DNA from: Tubiluchus corallicola
Lineage: Eukaryota > Animalia > Priapulida
DNA length: 64,000 bases
Reading direction: 5' to 3'
Assembly (NCBI GenBank): GCA_030141605.1
Contig: JAQGDQ010000308.1
Coordinates: forward strand, 186,001 to 250,000
The position numbers and the translations under genes are program-made. This document shows, in pieces, positions 1-12,200 of this stretch (position 1 is the first letter of the stretch; each line of letters opens with the position of its first letter). The notes under the pieces were generated by a model, which did not search any database, was not told the origin of the DNA, and saw nothing but the letters and a program-made list of their open reading frames with translations.

Positions 1-1
1 G

Positions 2-844
2 CTGAACCAGTGCACGTATGTTGTTATGGACGAAGCTGATCGCATGATCGATATGGGCTTCGAAGGAGATGTGAATAGAATTCTGGACTTTATGCCCGTC
101 AGTAACATGAAGCCAGACAGTGAAGAGGCGGAGGATTCCACTACCTTGTTAAGCAATTTTGCATCTAAAAAGAAATTCAGACAGACTGTCATGTTTACAG
201 CTACTATGCCACCTGCAGTGGAACGGTTAGCACGATCGTACCTGCGCCGCCCTGCTATTGTTTATATTGGCTCTGTAGGCAAACCAGTTGAACTTGTGGA
301 GCAGATAGTGTACATGATGGGTGAGAATGAGAAGAGAAAGAAACTACTAGCAATTTTAGAACAAGGAATTAAACCCCCGGTACTAATATTTGTAAATCAG
401 AAGAGAGGCGCCGACATCCTTGCTAAATCCTTAGAGAAAATGGGCTATAATGCAACGACGCTGCACGGTGGTAAAGGGCAGGAGCAGCGAGAGTTTGCTC
501 TTGCTAGTCTTAAAGGTGGTACAAAGGACATCATGGTAGCAACTAATGTTGCAGGACGTGGTATCGACATTCAAAATGTCTCACTCGTAATAAACTATGA
601 CTTACCAAAAACAATTGAAGACTACACACATCGTATTGGCCGAACTGGACGTGCTGGTAAAACTGGTGTTGCTATTAGTTTCGCAACGAAAGACGACAAC
701 ATGTTATACTATGATCTTAAGCACGTGTTGCTTTCGAGTTCCAAGTCTCACTGTCCTGCAGAGCTCGCTAATCATCCAGATGCCCAACATAAACCTGGAA
801 CTGTTGTGACTAAGAAACGACAAGAGGAAAAAATATTTGCCTAG
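2..844 (+). CDS. DDX23: DEAD-box splicing helicase DDX23/PRP28 (U5-100K), 3' part; CDS starts before the window
   Basis: Frame from nt 2 reads [24 protein letters not shown] (motif II plus DDX23 context), [15 protein letters not shown] (motif III), [20 protein letters not shown] (V), [13 protein letters not shown] (VI). The DDX23-specific C-terminus [27 protein letters not shown] is present. No intron in 843 nt. Confidence 0.95.
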   Translation: MNQCTYVVMDEADRMIDMGFEGDVNRILDFMPVSNMKPDSEEAEDSTTLLSNFASKKKFRQTVMFTATMPPAVERLARSYLRRPAIVYIGSVGKPVELVEQIVYMMGENEKRKKLLAILEQGIKPPVLIFVNQKRGADILAKSLEKMGYNATTLHGGKGQEQREFALASLKGGTKDIMVATNVAGRGIDIQNVSLVINYDLPKTIEDYTHRIGRTGRAGKTGVAISFATKDDNMLYYDLKHVLLSSSKSHCPAELANHPDAQHKPGTVVTKKRQEEKIFA

Positions 845-3260
845 TGATAGTACACTAGTTTGATTACTTTAAGTGACTGGGTGAGAACCATATCGTCACT
901 GCTGTGCTGTGAATAAGCATAAGAACTGTGACGCACTTAGACAGTTCTTGCATTTATTCACTGTTAGCAATTCTATAGCGAATGAGCTTAATCATACCAA
1001 AACTTGGAGTGTGCTTTACTGTAGAGCTAATTGTTTTGTCTAACTACTCATCTAGTACTTTCATGCATATTTCTGTCTATTCTAAGCGCTAGTAGCAAAA
1101 ACCACAATATTTTGATGCGAGGCATGAGTGGCTCAGGTATGAGTGTCATATCGACATGATTTCAGCTTGTTAACAAAATTTGCTGACGGACTGAGGCCAA
1201 CTTGGCTTGTAATGTATAACATGAAAACTTTTGCAAAGCTACATAAACAGTAACATTTTTGAGTCAAGGTCAAAGCCATTGACCAAGTTTCTATCATATC
1301 CAGCAAGTTAAATTTCATAGCATGCTTCACTTTGGCAGCAGGCAGTGTTACTATGGAAGCTGTTGTCATTTAGCAAACATCAACCATTATTAACATGGTA
1401 AAAAACTTTAGCGTGATCAACGACTGGATGCATGCAATGTTCAAGTTTCACAAGTGGCTGTGATGTGAAAAATCTAGTGTACACTGTACAGAGGCATCTA
1501 CATTTCACCACTTCTTGCATAGTTCTATATAATACTGTACCTAATCACTTGCAATATGTGAAAATAATGAAACTAATATGAATGACATAAGTTGCAAATG
1601 GTGAAAATAGATAATAAACTTGCAATATGCTACTATTCACAACCAACTTTTTATTCTGATTTACTTTATACAATGTGAAACAGTTTTAATTCAGTATTAT
1701 ACACACTGGTATCAAACCCACTTGATAATTACAAATATCTTAAAACAAAACGATGGTAGTTCAAAACACTACTTTCCTAAACATAATCAGTATGACTGCA
1801 TAGATAAACTAAAATTTTTGTAGCTTCTTTTATTTCTGTAAAAAAACCATGATTTGGTACAAACAATGTACGTTCTAGGCTACTAGCAAAAAAGTTTTAT
1901 TTTGATTCAGTGTTGATTTCTATTATGCTTAACGAGTGCAAAAACTACCATTTTCACCAATACATATTTGCAGTTTGAATGCGCCACAATAACATTAAAA
2001 TAACAAGAATGAGGTCTAAATTCTAACGGTGTGAATTATAAATTAAAAAGGTTCAATAAAAGCATATTAACTGCCTAACATGCACAATGCACATATTGAT
2101 TTTATTTGTCCATTTTCCTACAACCACTAAAATTAATACACCTTGTTAATCAGAAACTGAAAGACGTTCAACATAAATGTGATTTGTCATATAACATCTG
2201 ACAGAATGAATTTCAACGTTGTATATGTATACATATAATATGCATGGCATTAAACAGAGCACCACAATGATGATAATAGTGTGTTTACACCACATCACTA
2301 AATGCAATAATTGTAATCATCGGCAGTACGTAAACGTGAACAGTTGTGAACAACCTACAAGGCCCAAACCTTGGCTTTCCGCATCACATTACAATATCAC
2401 AACAAAAATGTGCGTTTGACATTATTTGAATGAATACATGTATTTCTAAACGTATATAAACAAACATAAACTAAGCAAGTGAATGCCATATTGAATTTGG
2501 TTTATGTAACATCCATTACCTAGAAAAATAAGCTGCATTTCTTATCTATGTTTGTTGGAAAATGTGTTACTTTTTGATCTTTTGAGATATTTCATCTTCT
2601 ATTTTTATCCTTATCTTTTACAAGAATTCGCTGTCTACAAACAATGCAAAAATGTTAGTGTACAAGAAATTTGCTTGTAAATTTGTTTGGAATGCAGGAG
2701 GGACAAAACAAGGGTAAATTTTCACTAAAACTACATAATAATGATGACAACACCAGCAAGATCTACACAAGAATTGAATGCACATTGCAGTTTGATAAAT
2801 TAACATGGCCACCTTGCCGTTGACAAATCTGTAATAGAGCAAGTTAGGTGGAAAACAGTTAGCAAAGAGAAAAATAATATATGCATTTACTAATGGTGGA
2901 AAATCTTGTAAGAAAATTTTGCACAAAATGAACATTACATTGGAGAACTACAACTGGGCTAATCATTAATACTGCCACACTCCTGAGTAATTAGGTTTGT
3001 AAAGACGTGTGGAATAAGACGTGAGCAACAACTTAGCCATTCAACAATGCACGTTGACCTAACTGTTTTGCAAGAAAGCTACATAATATGTACAAGGGTC
3101 ACTGGTGGGACAAATACACTACTTACTGTAATATTATGGATAGTACATGCAAGAAATATTACATATGAATATATATTAACTTAAAAGTGAATAAAATTTC
3201 TTTTTACAAACAATAATCAACATAATTATTCTCACTCGGGACGTAATAACTAATGATGCA

Positions 3261-6200
3261 CTATGACATACAGTGCAGTCTATCCATACCAGTTAGTTTA
3301 TAGAACTCTTTTCTAAGTTCGGATAATTCAGTAAGGGCTTGAGCCAGCTGGAACTCTAATCTTCGATTCTGTTGCCTCAATTCCTGATTTTCTAAACGCA
3401 GGTGTTCGTTCAGGGAGTATATGGAACTCAAGCTAACACAGTCATCTGACCTCATATTGCGCTTCACACATTCACTTGAATTGGTATCTTCACATTTCTC
3501 TCTGTACGATTTCACGGAAGCTTCCTTGAGACGAACAATTTCCTGAAAATAGCAATAGGAGCCTAATTACAGGACCAAATCAGCTAAATTTTGACACATT
3601 TTAGGGTAACTAGCACTTGTGCACCAGCATTCACACACATCCGAAAATATAGCGAGAACAATTAGCCTCGTGAGGCATCGGTGCCAAGCTGCTTTTTAGA
3701 ATCATTACTGTAATTTACACTAGTAGGTAGTATATGATTTCTATCCATTATTATTAGAGTTTTGAAGTGCATACAAAGAGCAGAATTAAATAAACGCACA
3801 CAAAATCATGATATGCAAAAGACATTGAAAAGTTAAACAGAAATTAAAATTCGTAAAGCTATTCTGTGTAAGCTGTGTGAGCTTTATTTGGCAAACATGG
3901 TAATTTGGAATTTCAAGGTAAAACTGCAGTACAAGAATGGTAGAAGAGGTTTATTATCACCTGGGTTGATACTCTCATTACTCATTCTGGGAACTTTCAC
4001 TTGCCATACCGATTAAGGCTCCTTACCTGGTAGAGAGGGTGGAGCATGAGTATCTGAAAGTGGCTAACATATTTCAGGTAGTTCATCTGATGAGCCAGGT
4101 TCTAGTCTTACCATAAACATCAATGTTGATGGTCCTGTAACTTCCTGTTTTTGCTCCACACCTTTTGACATTCCTGAACTGATGTTTAGGAACTGACCTA
4201 AACTGCATTCCTAAAATAACCTGACGTAAATATCTAAAAGGAAATTTACCTTCAAAAAACTGCTACGCACTTCTTGACTTTTATAATGAGATATCAAGTA
4301 CCATATCTTTCAGATTTTCTGAATGCAGATTTAGAAAACAGTGAATCGATGAAATTGATTTGGAGGTTAAGGAGAAAGTTGAAGTGTCTAGCAAGTTAGA
4401 CGTATTAGCATCAGCATGACGAAACGCTGCAGAAATCACGTACCTTCTCCAGTCGTTTCTGTTCAGCTAGTGCTTGCTGTAGTTTTTTCTCCTGTGTCAG
4501 ATTTACGCATGTTACATCATTCACATTATGTTCTTGACTCATCACTGGGCCACCTGACACCTTGCAAATACGATCAAGAGCCTGATGAACCTCATGAATT
4601 TCATCATGTTCATCATCTAAAGCAAAAAACAGTCTTCACAGTTAGCTAAACAATTACAAAACAACAGTAATGTTGATTTTGGTCCAGACCCCATTTAGCT
4701 CAACTACTACTGATGTCAAGAGCTAGTGAAAGTCAGAGTTACTAAACGCAAAGTAATCTCCAACTTGTTTGTGTTAAGTGGTGCATCATAGTTACATATT
4801 TGACATTAGAAGGCCTTCCAACTTTCACGGTTTTGCCGTGAGTCTCACAATTTTAACTTATTTATTACGATCTCACAGTACGCCATCGCTTTCTCAAGGT
4901 AATTAAAATGATAAATACATTTAGATAACACTGAATAAAACTAAAAATGAACTTCTGCAAATCAGTTTAGAATGCCCCCACACCCGAGCATCCTCATTAA
5001 TAAGCATCAAAAACAACTTTGATGAACAACCAAATTTAGCAAGCGCATGGCGTCATTTCACTGTTTTGAATTAGCAAAGTTATTACTAAATAGTTTTAAC
5101 ATTTAATTACACCAGCTTAACTTTTTTCGAGAAAAGGCTTCAGACTTTCAGTGTCAGAGTGATTAGAATCTGATTTATATTTGCAACGTAAAATCTCCAG
5201 CTTTTAATAACTCTCCAGATTTCTTTTAACTTTTTTGAAAAATAGCCAGAGTTGAGCTTAAGGAGTCTGTATTAGTGACAGAAATATCAGAAAAACAATC
5301 ACTCTTACACAAACGTCACCATAAACAGCAAATGACATTTATTAGTCATAATCTTAATTTGAACGTTGTCAATTAACAACAGAACAAATCCTCAATTATT
5401 AAATTGAGCATTTGTTCGCCAGTGATATTCTTGGCACATTGTCGACAAACAAGTAATATTGACACTGGACATAGAACATGTTTGTACCTTTTTGCTTCAT
5501 TGCAGGTAACAGCTGAACATCACCTGCCATCGGGAACGCACGTTTCTTTGGCGTCAACATCTTCTCGTGCAGCCTCTGATTAAGTTTCCCTTCAGACCTT
5601 GGTTTAGCATCCAGTGACGAAGCACTTATCATCGGTTCAGATTGGCTAGCAACTGGCGGTGATGCTGGATTACTTTTAGCAGCCACATTTGGATGAATTC
5701 GTACATCGAAACTGTCAAAAACAAAAATAAATTTATAAGTAATGTAGTTACAATTTTTGTTGATGCAGTCAATAAATCACTCTTTGCCTCCTGGTACCCT
5801 TTCATGCATATGTCAACACGGCATTGCACACTGCACATTGTGCAATGATAAAATGTGGGTGTGTGACATCTGCAGACGGTTTGTCTACTTTGTCTTTTGA
5901 ACTAGTGTTTTAATGAACACATTTTAAGAAAAACATTGTCAAAAGTCGATGCTTTTTGCTATTACAATACTCAGTGCTCTTCAATGTCACATTACTCAAA
6001 TGGACGTAACATTATTTTTGACAACAATGCAAACTATGAAGCTTCGTAACTCGTGTGGTTGTTTATGGTGACATTATTTTGTTAATAAGGAATTAAGAGT
6101 GCTAGTAACTGATTTATTTGTAAATGTCTTGCAAATATTTTGAAATGTGTATTAAGTTTTGTTATATTTCTTCAAACTAAGTACTATATCAGCTGCAAAT

Positions 6201-9200
6201 GGTGTGAGTACCTAACTTTGAGATACCAAAGTTAACAAATGCGTATGAAGTTGCAAAAATTTTAGCCACTGAAGGTTCAAGATTGTATCTTATTAACAGA
6301 ATAAAACAGTGAATAACCAACAGCTAAACTGCACTAAATGTCATCAGTTCATCTACCAACATTATCACCACCATTACGACTTACCACGAAATTCCAGAAG
6401 CATGGACAGTACTGTCATGATTTGCTAACCGGTCAGGTCCTTGATTTAAATACTGCTGCGATTCTCTAAAAAAAGGAATGCTAATTATTTAACTAGTAAT
6501 AATGGGGGAAAATACAGTATGAATATACAGCAGTTTATCAGTGAACGTTTCATGTCAATAAGAAAATAAGTTTTTTTGAAATGTAAGTAACATATCACAT
6601 ACAGTAATAAGTATAGCATATAATTTTCAATTCTAGTGTTCAAAAAGGTACATGCAAAGTACAATGTACATGCAATGAAAGCAATATTACACAGACTTAT
6701 ACAGAGCGTTTAACTGAGACACTGGGGTTACGCAGCACCATTAAATTAAATTAAATTTGATTTTTAGCCCAAATATAAGGGTTGATCTATTTTAGCCATT
6801 ACATGTTTTGTTGATCCTGTCAATTTTTTTCACATGCTTTGAAAGACAATGAAATATAATAATAAATGCATAAATATATATGCAAGGCTTTGCAAATGCA
6901 CCTACCACTACATTTCATTGGTTTTAGTCAGTGTGAAAAAGTGACACGGATGTTGCCGTGGTACACTGATGCATTATAGAGATTTTTTATTATAAAACGT
7001 ATATCTTGTTTAACGTTTTCAAGCCAAACATGAAGGCTACCTGTTTTCTACCACACCACTCGAATTCTCTTGCAGTTTTCCATCTTTCATTGTCTGCCAG
7101 AATGGAAACGAAGAGAGCCTGTCAAAGAAGCCAGGACCATACCAGAGATTGTAACCGTAAGGTTCCTCTAATCGTACGCGTTTTACTTCTTGATCTACCA
7201 GACCCTGCAAAAGTAGTAGTTAATATTAATTGTGAAATCTCCAAACTCCAACACAACCTGTTTTGCTGCTGACAGAATATAGACATGAAACATTACTCCT
7301 AATTATTTAGTTCACAGGCAAAAAGCAAAAAGAACTTATTATAAAATGGCATCGCAGTTTATTAAGCTTGGTGTTGCAGTACATATTTAATGATTAATTC
7401 AATAAAAAAGTTACATAAAAGAGTTTAGAACTTCAACCCATCTAATGAAAAAAGACACTCTTACATAAAGACATTGTAGCAATATAGGACTATAGATGGC
7501 GCCATCTTTTACTAATGGCTTTCCTTAAACAAATATTTATCAAATTTAACTGGAAAGATATTTTTTAAACTGTGTTTCAATGAGACATGCAACAACGAAA
7601 TAGCAATTGGCGTCTAACATAATGTCAATCATTTTCGTTGACTGTCCAATCAGCGCGCAGGTTATTTCACACACCCTTGCAGCAGCAGGTACATTCAGGA
7701 CGTAACTACAGCTTTAGCTTTAGCTACAGCGCCGTCTAACACTGTTATGAGAAATGCTCAACTTTTCATTAGCTAGCGGGAGAAATATTGGCTTGGTTCC
7801 AGATTTTAATATTGTCAACTGAAATTGCAAGTGAATTAGTGGAAAATATATAGTCTAGTTTCGTTTATAGGAAGAACGAAACGCTTACGTCTATAAGTTA
7901 CTGATTAAACAATTTTGCAATCAAGAAAATATGCAGCTTAGTTTAGTTTATGGCTTTGCAAGTTAGATAAAAATAACTATTTGATTAACTTTAAATAAGG
8001 TCAAAACAAAACGTTTTCTTTTCTGGCCAGTTTTTATAAACCTCAATGAGATCTTCACAGTCAAAATTAATTCAAATGTGGTCAAAACTTATATTATACA
8101 TCAATGTAATATTAGCTAATTTTACGCTATTTTTCTGGTTATAATCAAGGTTAAAAGATACCATTGGGACTTATGTGACTCGGGCATTCAATATAAGGGT
8201 CGTCTATGGAATGGAACAGTCAAATTTATTCCATTTCCGTAGCCCGACAAACGGAAAATACAAAAACTTAATAAATCTTGCAGACGAGCACTTGATCAAT
8301 TAATATAGAAAAATACAACGCAGGCTTGATGTTCGTATGGTTAAAGGCAAGAGAAACTAGATTGTGCCAGACAAAACCTGCGTTTAGAATACCATGGTTT
8401 GCAATTGTTCAAGAGAGTTCAAGAGTTTTATTCATTTTCCACATTGCATCATTACAATTAGCATTAAAATACAGATAATTTTCCATTTGAGTAAATATAA
8501 ATATAAATATGAATAAATGCAATATTATTAAGAAATTTCATAATGCGGGATATACATGTGCAAATTTCATTACAGAATAATTTTTTGATGCATACAGTTT
8601 GAGCCTAAAAGCATAGCTTGACAGGCCAAACTGTATGTGGAAATCTTAAAAAAAAATGGGGGGGGAGTAGTGAATGAAAGATGAAATGGAGCGAATGTTC
8701 GTATGCTGGATCCGCCCTCTCCTCTTTTTAAAATGATTTCGTCAATGTTAGATTGTCACTTGTCATCAAATGATAGACCACTCTCATTCCTCCAATTGAG
8801 CTGACTCAGGTTCTTTTACTTTGTCCATCAATGGTGTAGCGCCGGCCGTCGAGGTTTCTACCTGTTCACCACTGTTCTGCATATGCCCTAAGAGTGACCA
8901 TCACCTTGTCACAAAAGTACCTAATACCAAAAATCTCAAAGCTACCCCAAGTGGTTCAGGAATAACTGGCTTAAAGTCAAACTGGGAATGGATGACGGGC
9001 GCTAAGGACCCCAGAGTAAGGTGACCTAAAAACGATGTCAGTACAATGTTCAACTTCTAGTTATAACCGTAAGATGGTTTAGCTTATTGCAAACAGCGAG
9101 TCTTGTGCAAAATGCGCTATGAAGTACATCTTTTAATGCATACCATAAAAAGCCTGCAAAAAACCCTACAACTCACCAGCAAGCACTGGAAAGAAATCGG

Positions 9201-12200
9201 TCTGAAATTCGAAAAGCTCAATGCTATTACAGTTGTACGAGGATGAATGAAGTTATCTAGTTTGATTCTTTCGCATTTAAGTTCATAGCTGTTATTACAT
9301 TATTATTACACTGGACAAAGTTTCATAAATTAGCCCGTCTTTGGAACACTGAACAAGCCGTACAATGCACGCTTATAAAGCACAAGCCTTGAAAGCTGGA
9401 AATTGATAGCCGGAGGTAAACAGCCTAAACTGCTAACTAGTCTAGTTGACTCAGCACGGTCTGTTGATTTCAGACAGATTATTGTGAACTCTGAGTAACC
9501 TCGCTAGTGTATGCAGACATACAGTAGTAACTGCTGTACCTCGAAGATTGTACACTGTCTAGTGTCTACAGTCCCAGCACTGCAAGCAGCAGACGCGCCC
9601 TATAATTATGTTTATCAACTTATTAAAATATAATGACAGTTTCCAGACAAAAACACGTATCAAAGCTAGCCAAAACAAGCGCTTTGCGCACAGCAATCAT
9701 AATAATAATAATTGGCAAATGTTTACCAATTCAAAATTCGCTGATTCTAATTTACCAAGTATGTTTAGTTCACTGCTGTTGCAATAATATGTGTTTCACA
9801 AGTCAAGTGTGACAGCATAAAATTTGTCAACAGTGTCAAGATTTGTTTAACGTCAGTCACATGATGATTTTTTGCATTCGCTTTTCGAAATTTTTAGGAT
9901 CTCCAGTAAAATTTACCAATTTAGTTGCCTATAATGCAGCTTTTCGAAAAAAAAATTATGGTTGAGGATTCAATAACGACAAGCCTGTTAGCCTATCCTT
10001 TTTGCAGGAATACGTGCAAGACACAACGTAAAACCGGATAGAAAACGAAAGTAATACTTAAATAAAATGCAACTGAAGACGGTGCACGGTAAAAAAAGCA
10101 GAGGTAAAAATGACACAGGAAAAATGGCATGGTACAAACGGCGCAAGAAAAAATGGCATATATGTTATTTTGATGCAACTGTTTTCTATAATAGAACTAG
10201 AATGCGCTCAGTAGGAAGCAGATCTCTGCCATAGCCCAACCTAATCTAATCTTATTCGTCTGATTTTTCTGATGTTCGAAAAATTTCACATCAAGATAAG
10301 TAAGCAAACATACAAAAATGCATATGTATTGGTATTATATAGGCTAGCAAAAGATTAAATGCATTTATAATCAATAATGCATGAATATTTCACATAGTGT
10401 TTATCTATCTTTTTCACCTTTAATTTTGGCGGTGGTCATAGACTGATAAATGTATACGTATCAAATCACCTATAGTCTATATGCATTAATGAACAAAAGT
10501 TATAGACAACTTTACAAGCGAGGTTTTCTCGAAATGGAACCTGGAACTAACTTGCAATTGTGTGTCCTGGTGGAGATAACAAAAAAGATGTACTAAACAC
10601 TAGCTCTGAGACCTTCATGAAGTGCTTCGCGAACGTTTTTGTAAGTGGTGTTCGATCAAGTTTTGCGAAAAAAGAACTGACGAAAAGACTCGCATTTTGC
10701 CACTCTATACCCACATTTCTTCACAACGTTTTTTGAAAACCATTAATTAACTATGACTGTGTGAGATTACCAGAATTTTTATACATTATTACGGTTTATT
10801 TGACCAATTATTACCTTTGCCGGTAATGAGTTGGAGAAAGGAGACACTGAAAAATTGTGGATTAATCTGGATCTTGGAAATCTGTTACATAGGTTTTGCA
10901 TAATAGGCTTACTGTCATAACAGACAAAAACAACCAAACAAACAAACAGAACAGACAAATAAACAAACAAACTGTGTTGAAGCATAACTTCCTTGGCAGA
11001 GGTAAAAATAACAAAAATAATTATACCCCACTGTAACCCTAAGCATATGTATTACTAAGTGTGCCATTTTTCCTCTGTGTCATTTTAGCTACTTTTCCAT
11101 TTGCACCATTTTTTCCTGTGCCATTTTTATCTACATTCGCGGAAGACATGTTAAGCCGTTCATGTTAATGGTTCGCGGAAGAATGTTAATGGTTTGACAA
11201 AAATATTGTTTAGCTAAGGAGTAATATTTCTGCAAGAGAGCAGACCACTCTCCCATATCACGAGAGTATTTGCATTCTACATGGTGAAACTGTCTGCTAG
11301 TGCGTACCAGCCTTGCATGACTATAAAAAGATTTGAAAAACCTTGACTGGAGCTGCTGGTTTTAATTTGATCAGACAGCGTCTCCATCAGTCTTGGCGCA
11401 GCAGCTATCTAAGTAATTTCGACTTTCGGTGCAGATAAAACGCGCAGACATACATAATGTCAGACTTAGCAGCGGATTCCCAGAGTAGGGCAAAGCATTT
11501 TCAAATAATGATTTTATTCCCAACACTGTGAAGAAGACGCCTGTTTTACGAGCACCCCAGCACAAAACTCGGTTATGTCTTTGCAGATCAATAATCGAGT
11601 TCCGGGAATGAAGCAAAAATTGATCAACCCCGACAAATCGCCACAGACTGTTTTCAGCTTTTATACCGAGCTGGAAAGGAATCATGGCTGGGTGGGCGGC
11701 ACAGTGAAATGAATGGCGACTTATAGACATATTCACGAATAAATCACTTATAGTCGCGCATAAATACAATAGATTAATTAATTTGACGTACATGGGCCAT
11801 ACACCGTAAACAGTTTATCTGAAATCTGAATTAATTCTATTAAACGTAAAGTTCAACAAAACCACAAATTATCGCAAACAAAGTCATTGGTCACTCAGGG
11901 TAAGGACTTCGGCAGTTAAGCTGGAAATATGAATAACACGGATCAGAAAAATAGAATTCTTGCAAATAATTTACTAATTATAGGGGTAGGTACCTGTTAA
12001 CGTTCTACTTAATGACGTTGTTGTTAACGCGTAGTTAACAGGGAAACAATTTTCTGGCAAAGAACTTCACAGGTAAGAAGTCTGAGGGAAAATCTAGGAT
12101 TGTAAATAGCCATTCTGCACATAGAAATGTTTAGGGTAAAAATGTGAATAGCAACAGAGAACAGACTCTGACCGTCGATAAAAGAGGTTTATTCACTTTG

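Noticed and set aside
11371-11793. 140-aa minus-strand ORF in the Ski intron
   Set aside because: No recognisable domain. The Ski frame is complete without it, and higher GC explains the lack of stops.
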